Shown: piece after piece, positions 11,536-22,824 of the stretch | Numbering within the stretch: position 1 is the first letter of the stretch | How the letters are laid out: each line of letters begins with the position of its first letter | NCBI GenBank assembly: GCA_049724395.1 | Contig: JAUGWO010000122.1 | Span: 1-64,000 of the forward strand | From: Spongospora subterranea f. sp. subterranea | Lineage: Eukaryota | DNA length: 64,000 nucleotides | Reading direction: 5' to 3' | Position numbers and translations under genes: made by a program | The notes under the pieces: model-generated | Databases searched by the model: none | Told to the model about the DNA's origin: nothing | The model's input: the letters and a program-made list of their open reading frames with translations, nothing else

Positions 11536-11898
11536 CAGCTGTCGACATCTAAAAGTTATGATATCTGACTGGGTCAGCTGTCGACAGCTTAAGTATGATA
11601 TCTGACTGGGCCAGCTGTCGACAGCTGAAAGTATGATATCTGACTGGGCCAGCTGTCGACAACTGAAAGTATGATATCTGACTGGGCCAGCTGTCGACAA
11701 CTGAAAGTATGATATCTGACTGGGCCAGCTGTCGACAACTGAAAGTATGATATCTGACTGGGTCAGCTGTCGACAGCTTAAAGTATGATATCTGACTGGG
11801 CCAGCTGTCGACAGCTAAAAGTATGATATCTGACTGGGCCAGCTGTCGACAGCTGAAAGTATGATATCTGACTGGGTCAGCCTGTCGACAGTTGAAAA
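11536..11898. repeat. 38-bp minisatellite, ~9.5 copies, inverted relative to 5337-5855
   Basis: Unit gtatgatatctgactgggccagctgtcgaca(a/g)ctgaaa is the reverse complement of the first array. Confidence 0.97.
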
Positions 11899-12039
11899 TG
11901 TCCGTAGCTGTCGATTTAACGCGAATTCTATCACGGGATTCTGTCTGCCGGCGGACAGAGAGCTTTCCGCGTACTCTATTGGACAACTCTAAATAATTCC
12001 GTGACTGAATCTGAACTCATCTTCTGCCCCATTCCTCAA

Positions 12040-14549
12040 ATGCGTTTCCTCATCTTGGTGGCACTGTTGCTTGTGGCGAGCAGACCGACTCTATCTGTGC
12101 ATGGTTGGGGCGAACTGCTTGGCTCAGGTCAGGCCAATGCCGCCACAAGAATCGCCTGCTCGACCTTCTCGGTATGGATGGCGGAATGTCGCTCCAAAGA
12201 ATTGAATAATTTCTGAGATCATTGGGCCTTGCAGGACACCATGTCGCCGTCGCAGGGGTGGGCAATGCCCCATGCCGATACCCAAAATCTGCCGTTTTCA
12301 GAATTCGAGATTTTGCCATGGGAGTCAGATTGGCTGCAAGGCAATTCCTTGTTGGAGTTGGCTTTCTCTAATAACAATCGTGTCGAACCGTTTGGTGAAT
12401 TTTCTTCGTTGAATGTAGCCGTTCAGCTCATCTTCCAATGGAGAATCGGCTTGTTAAGTGCGTTTTAGGAATGGCACTCGAGCCCGGGTTTTGACGCGTC
12501 CCATATCAGTATCGAGTCTCAACAGTTGAGCCAAAAGGGCGAGAACCTCGACTGTCTTATCGATCCGAATCCAATTCCTATTGATTCGGAAATTTTGACG
12601 CCAACAGACTTTCTCGCCTCCTCGACTTTCTCGGTATGGATGGCGGAATGTCGCTCCAAAGAATTGAATAATTTCTGAGATCATTCACTTCGGGCCTTGC
12701 AGGACACCATGTCGCCGTCGCAGGGGTGGGCAATCCCCCATGGCGATACCCAAAATTTGCCATTTTCAGAATTCGAGATTTTGCCATGGGAGTCAGATTG
12801 TGTGCAAGGCAATTCCTTGTTGGAGTTTGCTTTCTCTAATAACAATCATTTCGACCCGTTTGGTGAATTTTCTTCGTTGAATGTAGCCGTTCAGCTCATC
12901 TTCCAATGGAGAATCGGCTTGTTAAGTGCGTTTTAGGAATGGCACTCGAGTCCGGGTTTTGACGCGTCCCATATCAATATCGAGTCTCAACAGTTGAGCC
13001 AAAAGGGCGAGAACCTCGACTGTCTTATCGATCCGAATCCAATTCCTATTGATTCGGAAATTTTGCCGCCAACAAACTTTCTCGCCTCCTCGACTTTCTC
13101 GGTATGGATGGCGGAATGTCGCTCCAAAAAATTGAATAATTTCTGAGATCATTGGGCCTTGCAGGACACCATGTCGCCGTCGCAGGGGTGGGCAATGCCC
13201 CATGGCGTTACCCAAAATTTGCAATTTTCAGAATTCGAGATTTTGCCATGGGAGTCAGATTGTCTGCAAGGCAATTCCTTGTTGGAGTTTGCTTTCTCTA
13301 ATAACAATCGTGTCGACCCGTTTGGTGAATTTTCTTCGTTGAATGTAGCCGTTCAGCTCATCTTCCAATGGAGAATCGGCTTGTTAAGTGCGTTTTAGGA
13401 ATGGCACTCGAGCCCGGGTTTTGACGCGTCCCATATCAATATCGAGTCTCAACAGTTGAGCCAAAAGGGCGAGAACCTCGACTGTCTTATCGATCCGAAT
13501 CCAATTCCTATTGTTTCGGAAATTTTGCCGCCAACAGACTTTCTCGCCTCCTCGACTTTCTCGGTATGGATGGCGGAATGTCGCTCCAAAGAATTGAATC
13601 ATTTCTGAGATCATTGGTCCTTGCAGGACACCATGTCGCCGTCGCAGGGGTGGGCAATGCCCCATGGCGATACCCAAAATTTGCCGTTTCCAGAATTCGA
13701 GATTTTGCCATGGGAGTCAGATTGTCTGCAAGGCAATTCCTTGTTGGAGTTTGCTTTCTCTAATAACAATCGTGTCGACCCCCCATGTCCTGGGATCAAA
13801 TCATAACACCTGCGGTTCTCAGACTTCGAAAATCGTCAAAGCCCCTAAGTACGGGTTTTCATTCGCATTTTTCAGAAAAACTGATGAACATTTGTGCTTG
13901 CAGAGACAAACACTCCGGTTTATTTGAACTCAAAGTTCTTATTGATGCTGTTTCAACGTCAAAAATCATTTCAAAACACACACTTGAACACACACTTAAT
14001 CTGTGTTCCAAATTCAACAAGCTATACCGATCAAATGACGGCATGGTTCACAAGAGTTTCCAATCATATCATTCCGGGTCAACGAAACCCATGTGGGGGT
14101 GCTTTGTTCATCACTGTCAAAAAAACATAAATGAGTGGATTCGAAAATGGGGCACTAAATTTACACATGCTGATTTCAGGAGGCGGAAATGTCAGGGCTT
14201 GAAGGGCAATGATTGCGGAAAAATCTTCCCACCATTTGATATTCAAGCGAGACATGAACTTCGCAAAAAATCAAAATCAACCCGAGAGCTCCTCCCAGCG
14301 ATATCCAAAATTATCGAAGAGTATGATCATTACGTGACTGTGAAGACAAAATCAATGAGACGGCCTCATCCGGATTTGGCCGCGTTGATCATTAGAAGCC
14401 TTCGTCCTGTCAACAATTGTTGGCAGCGTCATTGCCGTGGAGATGTTGATGAATTTGTTTGGAGATGGGGAAAATCTCTATCTTACAACAGGTTCCGTCA
14501 CGATTGTTGTTCTGGAATGGAAGCTGCGATCTGTCAATATCAAGGTTAG
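12040..14549 (+). CDS. Multi-exon putative secreted protein: signal peptide + ~3.5 x 115-aa acidic repeat; stops at 13806 as sequenced, one base from joining the Cys/His-repeat exon 13876-14549
   Basis: Hand-spliced exons 12040-12171, 12235-12414, 12469-12633, 12703-12882, 12937-13101, 13165-13344, 13399-13563, 13627-13814, 13876-14549; all introns GT-AG, 54-69 nt; exons 1-7 stop-free and phase 0. Confidence 0.65.
12152..13780 (+). repeat. 462-bp tandem repeat, ~3.5 copies (two exons + two introns per unit)
   Basis: Near-identical ORFs at 12229, 12697, 13159, 13621 (spacing 468, 462, 462). Confidence 0.97.
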
Positions 14550-15070
14550 ATCTGGGTTGACCCTCCCAATGACTCAACAAACAAAAAGATGAAGTTAAAC
14601 CAACAATAAATAGGATTATTCTCTTGTATTCATATCAATTTTCAGAAAAATTCCGTCATTTTTCCGTAAAATTCCGTTGCCGAGATACATGTACAGTATG
14701 TGGATTCAACACCTCGCCCCGCTATGAACTAGGTAGGCAACTCACGCTCGATTGATGTCGATTGATTTTGTTGTTGAGTCTAATGAAAGGTTGGAGTCGG
14801 CTACCATCAGATATGATGGCAATGGAAGGATGCCAATGATCTCACCCCGAATAGAAAACAACCGACTCGTCTTCGGTTTGAAATCGTGTACCAGGATAAG
14901 CGTAAAATGTTTGACACAAACCCAATTACTGAATAAAATGGTCAAACGCATCCCGATAAATCGACTTGTCTGTCACCAATGGTAACCAAACGGTGTTGAT
15001 TGAAAACGACGTAGCGGGAAATCTTTCTGTCCGCCGGGCGCCGTTAGCCTTGTGCACACAACCGATCACG

Positions 15071-15252
15071 TTCAAAGTTGGTCACGGAGTTGATTTTGAA
15101 GTCGATTTTTTTCCCGGAAATTTTGATTTAAATTTAACAGTGGGAAAATCAAAACCAACTTAAAAAAAAAGGGAGGTGGTTCAAATTTTAAAATCATGGT
15201 TTTCCCGAAAAAAAAAATCAACCTCATAATCAACTCCGTGACCAACTTTGAA
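15071..15252. mobile_element. Short foldback/MITE
   Basis: ttcaaagttggtcacggagttgat..atcaactccgtgaccaactttgaa, ~60-bp imperfect arms; absent from paralogous site near 4330. Confidence 0.7.
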
Positions 15253-15257
15253 ACCCC

Positions 15258-15734
15258 TTTTTTTTTTTTTTTTTTTGTGATTGAGTTTGCATTTTTCATG
15301 CAGGTTTGCCGGTCCCTTGGCTATCGGGCCAAGATTCACTTTTTCGGCTCTCGCCTCTAAAGCTCCTCCCAGTAGCAAGCTCGCACTTGCAATAGATACC
15401 TTCGCTGAATGTTCTGCAGTCTGACCGACATTGTAGTAGTGTGAGGTTGATCCCATGACCTGACTCACTAAAAACCCCCTTACCATTAGGACACGGGGGA
15501 AAATTCCCTTACGGAACACCACAATGCCTTGAACCCAAGTCGCATCATTACAAATCAGCTGTCTATTTTTCCAGAGGTTCGTTCCTGCCATGCTCAACCT
15601 TCGCTCTACTTCCGTATTAGCTGGCCAACCTTAGGGTGTTCCCCAAAATCCCTGCCCACGGGGTTTTCGAACTCAAGTCTCACACTGACCTGGTCCTAAC
15701 CTGCCACCAACCGGGACAGACCAGAACCAAGCTT
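15258..15734 (-). mobile_element. SINE-like retroposon copy 3 with poly(A) tail and 14-bp TSD
   Basis: T19 at 15258-15276; aactttgaaacccc (15244-15257) and aattttgaaacccc (15735-15748); gagttcgaaaaccc B-box-like motif near 5' end. Confidence 0.8.
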
Positions 15735-15811
15735 AATTTTGAAACCCCCAAGTAGGTGCATCAGGGCTCTGTTGAACTTGTCTTTGAGTTTGTTCCGGTA
15801 GTCCACTGATA

Positions 15812-16103
15812 CAACGCATTCTGAAGGAGGTATCGCAGCTCAGACGAGATTATGATTGACTTAATGGCGGCAAATGCGATGCAATTACACAATAAATGTA
15901 AATAATTTCCCCTGATTCTGCACTTTCCGCGTTGAGAAAAAACGATTTGCACAGTAAAATCAAATGTTTGATTTGCAATATGGGCTATCATGGTCTATTG
16001 ATTCATTGTGTAACTGCATCGCATTCGCCTCCATGAAAAAAAAAATATTATCGTCTGAGCTGCGATCTGCTTTGGTTTGTGGCACCTCTGTCAGAACGCG
16101 CTG
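15812..16103. mobile_element. TA-flanked MITE (Tc1/pogo-like ends)
   Basis: TA[caacgcattctgaaggaggt..acctctgtcagaacgcgctg]TA plus internal inverted matches atcgcagctcagacga and atgcgatgca.ttacacaat. Confidence 0.75.
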
Positions 16104-16105
16104 TA

Positions 16106-16933
16106 TGAGTGGAATATTCTCCGAATTCTAACTGGTGCCATTGGACAAACAGTCGGCAGCGACTTCCACAATGTGTTCGGTCTCGATTAAATGCTGCGTT
16201 CTTGGTTGAATGTCGAGTTTGTAGAGCTGACCGATGTTACGAGTTCGTCATTTTGACGCAGCCCGCGCTTCTTGACACTTTTGGCAATCGGCGCTCGAAT
16301 ACTGGCAAAACCAGACGTCACCGCTTCGACATATGATTCGACTGGATCTGGTTCTTTCGAGGCGATACATAGAGCGTTGAAGGCCATCATTGTCCGTTTG
16401 AATGCAGCGACACTGGTCTGCCCGACTTGAAGGACTTCCTTGGCGGCTTGATGATAATGACGGAGGTTGACCTCGAACATTGTGATTTTGGCATAGTGTC
16501 ATCGTAGACAGACGACACAACTGCCGACGTGTCTACATTGAAGATGGGCGTTAGCCAGAGGGGATATGTTCGGGTTGACGCGGCAATATGAAATTTGCCA
16601 GTCGCCAAAACGTTCAGTCAGCATACAATTTCATGGAAGGTTTCCGGACGAATACGTTCGTAATGCATGAATGGGATCCGAGAACGAGTTGAAATGTACA
16701 CCGCCTGATTGGCCAATCTGCTCTGCCTTTTTCATGAATAATGACATGCAATCTCCATTTTTGTCAAAGCGTGCACCGTGCCCTTGTTTCAGTAATCGTG
16801 CAAGAAGTTTACCGTCGTAATCCCAATCTGGATATTTAAACCGCATGATATCACGAGTTTTGGTCACGGCCAGCACAGCCGGACCAAATTCCATGGCGTA
16901 TGTGACCTCCTCGGCACTCGTCTCCTTCTCCAC
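16106..16933 (-). pseudogene. Probable tyrosine-recombinase remnant (DIRS/Crypton-type), N-terminal half
   Basis: ALRTYSSG..W..YCR, then SVAAFKRTMMAFNALCIASKEPDPVESYVEAVTSGF..KSVKKRGL, then LWKSL.TVC.MA.VRI(GEY with 1-nt shift), resembling core-binding domain and box I. Confidence 0.45.
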
Positions 16934-17364
16934 GTTATGAGACGTCTTGATGATGCCCGAATTGGGTCAAGATTTAAAGGGTGAGAATGCACTCCCGTTG
17001 TACGAACCGGTTGATGACGCAGACTTTGTTGATTACATCGATATGAAACTGGACTGATCAGGGCAACGAGATTTGCGTTGCGGTTTCGCGCCTTCTGGTG
17101 TGACACAATCTATATCGTGTTTTTGTTGATGATACAGTACATAGAACCTTGACCAACAATAGGTTCATATTCACAACAGGGAAACATTATCTTGAATTGA
17201 GACCTTGTCAAGTTTTTCTTGTCAAACCCGATCATAGTGCCATTTGCCCTTGCCATCTTTTGGAAAAGTTTTGTAAAGTCGAACCAGTTACTGGTAAAGG
17301 GTACAATTGGCAGAGTGGCATTTAAGGGTTCAGTGAGATGCGGCGCGTTTCGGGAATGATTGTA

Positions 17365-20300
17365 TCAGTGGTCGGCGAACGTATCCTTAAACTTCTTCAA
17401 CTTATCGCAACAGCCCTTGGCTGTATATCGACATTTGTAGCGCTCGATCTCCCCGTCGTTAGTGGTCTTGGTTTTATACACCATCTTTGTCGGCAGTACT
17501 GGCGCATTAGATGGTCCATCTACCAATTCGTAAACGTGGTGAGCCTTGATTGATTCAATTTCCTCCAACTCCGCTTCACGCCGCTTGTCAGCTTTCTTGC
17601 TTGCGGCTGCCTCGATTTCGTTGACCGGATCCATTTCCAGCAGGAAGTTCATGCGTGAAGTGTCATCGTTGCCGCATTCGACAATGCACTGTGAGATCCA
17701 ATCGTACTATCACCTTCATGGTCGTCTTCATCATCTCTTGCCGCTCGATGTCGTGACATATCAAAATCAGTCTCGTGGAATCGATCGGGCGCGACTCGAA
17801 TGCGAGTGGGTTTTCTTGGGCCTTCGTCGCTCAGGTCGTCACTGCCGCTCGCTTCGGCTCTTTGTAATCTTTAACCATTTTAGGATCAGATTGTGGAGAT
17901 TCATCGTCATCATTGTCATCATCAGTATCCTCCACCGTGATTTTGCCGCCCGAGCAGTCTTCACTGGTCGCGATGATATGTTGTAATTGAAGCGATTCAT
18001 TCACTCGTCCAAACTTCATCCTCTAGGAACGGGGAAACGAATCTTCATAATGAACTACCCAGGCTTCTTATTTGGCGTGGTTGCTGAAGATGTTCCCCGC
18101 TCTGCCAGCGTCCAACTTGTGTTTCGTCGCGCGTCGAATGATCACCCAGACTTCACAGCCCCAAACTCGATAACTTGTTAAGTTCGCTATCTCCCGACCC
18201 TGCGAGAGACACTCAATCGGGGTTGTCCCTCCGTCTTGTCGCCGCAACGAAAATCGATTGTGCACCATAGTCTACATATGGCGCTCTCTCGCCAATATTG
18301 CTTCGGAAGTGCGACAGAGCTCGTGGCAGCTCGTATCATGTTCACGGTTTTTCGTCCGATTACCTCAGTCAAACCGTTCTGAAACGGACGATCCGTGTCG
18401 CTCATCTCAACATGGATCCCGAGTCTTTCACTGCCTTCAGAAATTGATCCATCCATGAATTCGCCTACCTTGATCGACGCGAAATATCTGCAGGTTCTTG
18501 CCGGATATGCGTTCGAACAGTGCGGACAGCAATTGCTTGAAATCCATGATCCTTTTGATCAAAACGCGTTCTTCAATGAAACTGTAATTGACAGTCCTGA
18601 TGTATGAATTTCGTAAATCGCCAAGTATCCGTCTCCCATCATGCGAGCAACTTCAAATTGTCTGAATCGCAACCGACTACACTCCATGTATAACTTCAAA
18701 ATACGTGGGTGCGTTCCTTTTTAAAGTGTTTCTCAGGTGTTCAGATTAGCTTGGATACAAGTCTTGCAGTTGAACTTCTCATTAAATGAGTCAATGTTCA
18801 GGCCCATTGCAGTGTTGTCCTCACTCATCTTGCGCAGCGTCTCGATCGCAAGATGTTCACACCTAGCGTGTGCCAGCTCAGAACAAATGCACATCTTTCA
18901 GTATAACCTCTTGACCATTCGCTACCATCGCGCGGATGTCCCCTCGTCCCTTCACTTGAACTCGATATATGGGCGCAATGCCTCCGATCGTCTCGCCATC
19001 CTAATCCATATTCATCTTTAACTTGATGAAATGTTGGTTCTGGGTGCTCACATGTCCGCATGGAGCAGCATTGTCCACGACAAAGTCCCGTAATCCTTTT
19101 CGTGGACCTTCTTTCTTGACTCCTGTCAACGTATGCAATGCCAATGAGATGGCAGCATTTCCTGCAATGATTCATCCACGGCCTACGGCCTCTGCTTCGA
19201 CGCCCACTCCTTGAACTCGACAATCCTTCCTGCGATGACATTTTCCTTCCGCATGCCCAACATTCACCTTTGAATGTGGTGCCAGAGTTTGTCGTCAATT
19301 ACAACGTCTCCAGTATCGTGATGATTCATTGACTTCTCAGAGACGTCGCTTTTATCAGTAACGATTAATCTTCACGACCTTTCTTTGGTGTCATCAAGGA
19401 GGGTCCAAATATTCTTAACAGTTACAGATGTTTGAACTCAAAGAACGACATCATCACACGGGTCGCCAAATCGACTTCCGTGCGCTTCCGTGCAACATCT
19501 GCCTTCTTGATGCGATCAGCTAATTCTACATTCGGGACTGGATACTGATTTGCATCTTCAACTTCTGCCCCACAAGGTACGTGGCGTTCCGCTTCGCATC
19601 GTTGAGCGTCGCCGCCCATTGAAAAGTACAGAGTGCAGCAACTCAGTCTGAAGCGCCGATAACTGAAATGTTTATCATCACAGTCCATGACTTCCAGGCA
19701 GTAAAAGTCCAAACTTGATTGCCGATCGCCGACAATTGGCATTCAGTCGGGCTCGAACCATGCTGCGGTTTGCATGAACCTTCGAGGGCTTCGAGTCTTT
19801 CAGCATCACCTTCATGGCGAACACCATGGTTCACAATCGCTCCATTTTAACGCGATGCCAATCTTGACTTTGTTACACGCCAACCACCAAGGCTCTAGCT
19901 CTGTAGAGAATCTGGGACCTAACGATAATACGAGACCGATACTCCTGCCAGAATAATAAAACCATCCTTAAATTTGCAGGTCATTATCCACCGGTGATTA
20001 GCCGAAATATTGGGGACCACGATTCCGGAAATGGGCACCGACACATATAGATATTGGCCTTTGAAAACAGAGAAGTCAACAAACGCAACAGAAAGCGTTA
20101 AACGCTCTGACAGCGTCAAAGTGATTTTGTTTTTTGTTAAAAATTGGGAATCGAGGTTGTTAATCATTATATTCCTTGTTGTGTTGTTAAACAGATTGAA
20201 CCAAAATGGCAGGTCAAATGTCCCTCTATCCTACGACATTGTCTTCGATAAGCAGCCAAAATGTTATTGCACCACGTAGGAGAACAACGAACCTATCAAA

Positions 20301-20374
20301 TGTAGAACCACACCACAGCAGCGAAGTTGAATAAATGGAGAGGAGACTCGGGTATCTGAACCCTAATGTTAACA
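17365..20374 (-). mobile_element. Decayed, 3'-truncated Ty1/Copia LTR retrotransposon (probable 5' LTR ~19925-20374)
   Basis: Order gag knuckle remnant (GECWACGRK), LAHARCEHL, integrase (PFQNGLTE..LPKQYWRES, YRVWGCEVWV), RT start (EIESIKAHHVYELV..GEIERYKCRYTAKG). Confidence 0.9.
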
Positions 20375-20462
20375 CATAGAACCGTTCGTCTCATCCTTCA
20401 CTCTGAACTCATCCTTGCCCGTTTGGCGAACCGCGCTACTGTTGCGCCATCCTATATCTCCA

Positions 20463-22824
20463 ATGCGTGTCCTCAACTTGTTGGGATTGCTGCTTGTGGC
20501 GACCAGACCGACTCGATCTGTGACAACCGAACCTGGTCATGATTGGGGCGAACCGCTTGGCTCAGGTCAGGCCAATGCCGCCACAAGAATCGCCTCCTCG
20601 ACATGCTCGGTATGGATGGCGGAATGTCGCTCCAAAGAATTGCTCAAATTCTGAGAGCATTGGTCCTTGCAGGACACCATGTCGCCGTCGCAGGAGTGGG
20701 CAATGCTCCCATGACGAGACCAAAGGTTTACACTTTCCAGGATTCGAATATTCGACATTGTTGGAGTCAAATTTGCTGCAAAGCAGATTCCTTGTTGACG
20801 TTTGATTTTCCAATATCAATCGTGTCGACCAATTTGGTGAAAGGTCTTCGATGAATGTAGTCGTTCAGTTCATCTTCATATAGAGATTCGGCTTGTTAAG
20901 TGTTTTTTTAGGAATGGGACTCGAGCCCGGGTTCGAAAGATTGACGCGTCCCATATCAATATCGATTCTCAACAGTTGAGCCAAAAGGGCGAGAACCTCG
21001 ATTGCCTTATCGATCTAAAAATCGGAAATTTCAATCTGATTCGGAAAGTTTTTGCCAGTCAAAGATTTGGCTTGTTAAGTGCGAGAATCTCGTGCCCGGT
21101 ATTGAATCAATATCGATTTTCAACAGTTGAGCCCGAGAACCTCGATTGGTCGAATTCCAGTTCTTGCCGTCAAAAACTTTCTCGAGAATCTCGTGCCCGA
21201 TTCAGTTTGGTGACAGTCCAGAAACTTAGTGTTCAGTTTGCAAAAGTTCGTCTTAGGATTGGAACCCGAGCACGAGTTCAAACCGTGATGCATCCCGTAT
21301 CAGTATTGATGGTCAACAGTCAATTGAAAGCGCAGAGGGCAAAACTTTCGATTGCCGCATCGAAAATACGATTAATTCGAAAACCCAGCCTGTTGACGTT
21401 CGTGAGAATTTCGTGCCAGTAAGGGATTGCCGAGAATCGTGATCACCAATATCTGCTTATGGCGTAATAGGATGGATTTCCGGAGCGGACTCACAAAATG
21501 GTTTATTTTCGTAACTCCAAGTACTTGATGGGATTGAGAATGCTCTGTCCGCTCCTAAACTGGGACCTGGATGAGGTCAAAGACTATGATAGCCTCTGTG
21601 TGTTTCTGGTCAGAACTCTGGTTCCCCGCTCTGTCTGGGATTTGATGATCACAAACGGTATCGTCTGTTTAGGGAAAGGAGACGAATCCTGAACAGGTCG
21701 AGTTTCACAACAGTGTCGCCATGACGGAACACATCATGAAACTACTGTTGCTCGGAAAGTCTGGGCGGGATAACGTTGAGATCGGACAAAACAACATCGA
21801 TGTTCCTAATCAAAGCTCATTGCCAAGGCACCCAGCACCCTGGAAAAACTGATCCTAATTTCGAATTTTGTTTTGAAACTGGTCTCTTGCAGAAGATCAG
21901 GCTGCAGTATTAATCCTAATGTGATGACGTGTTTCAAGCGCATCTGTATCCCCGTCCTTCAATGTTCTTGTGAAATGCTGTGGCAAAGACATAAACCTGT
22001 TCCAGACACGTTGGGGAACGCGTTTCCCGCACCATATTTTTGGTGTGAATTGCTGCCCCGGTCGTGGATTAAAACATAACACCTGCGGGTACTTGAGGAC
22101 CAAAGTTCGTCATAAACCCTGACAACAGGTATTCATTCGCCCTTTTTTTTAATCTGATGAACATTTGTGCTTTCAGAGACAACGACTCCGATTTATTGGA
22201 TCTCAAAGCTCTTGTTGTTGCTATTTCAACGTCAAAAACCGCAGAAGAAAAACTCAATCTGTGTTGGAAATTCAACGAGAAATTCCGATCATGTGGCCCC
22301 ATTGCTCGAAAGCCTTTCCGAGCATATTATAACCAAACTCCGAGACCCATCTTGGGGTGCTTTGTTCATCACTGTGGTGAAAATGCAAATGAATGGATTC
22401 GAAAATGGGGCTCTCGATTCCCGCATGGGAAGTTTCGGCAGTCGAAAATGTCATGGCTTGGAGACCTTTAGTTGCGGATCGATCGATCCACCATTTGATA
22501 TTCCAGCAAGACATGAACCTTCGCTATAAATTAACCCGAAACCTCCTTCCAGCGCTGTCCAAAATTTTCGAAGAGTATGATCATTTCGTAATTGCGAAGA
22601 CAACATTAAAGAAATCGCCTCATCCGGATTTAACCACTTTTATCAGAAAATGTCGTCCTATTTACAATTGTTTACATCGTCATTGCGCTGGAAGTGTTGA
22701 GGAATTTGCTCGGAGATGGGGAGAACCAGTATACTGCACCAGTTTCAGTCGCAATTGCTGTCCTGGTCCAGACAAAAGGAATCTGATGTCCTGTCAATAT
22801 AATTCTCATCCAAAGGTTTTATAA
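20463..22824 (+). pseudogene. Full-length but frameshifted copy of the secreted-like Cys/His-repeat gene family (piece 4)
   Basis: Starts MRVLNLLGLLLVATRP..; single un-amplified exon pair; extra middle region with a third Cys/His repeat (~21960-22088); ends with ORFs 22157-22471 and 22393-22824; flank similarity continues to ~23270. Confidence 0.75.

Noticed and set aside
13785..13875. ATG at 13785 as true start of the 254-aa ORF
   Set aside because: ATG is absent from the paralogues and 13815-13875 looks like a conserved intron
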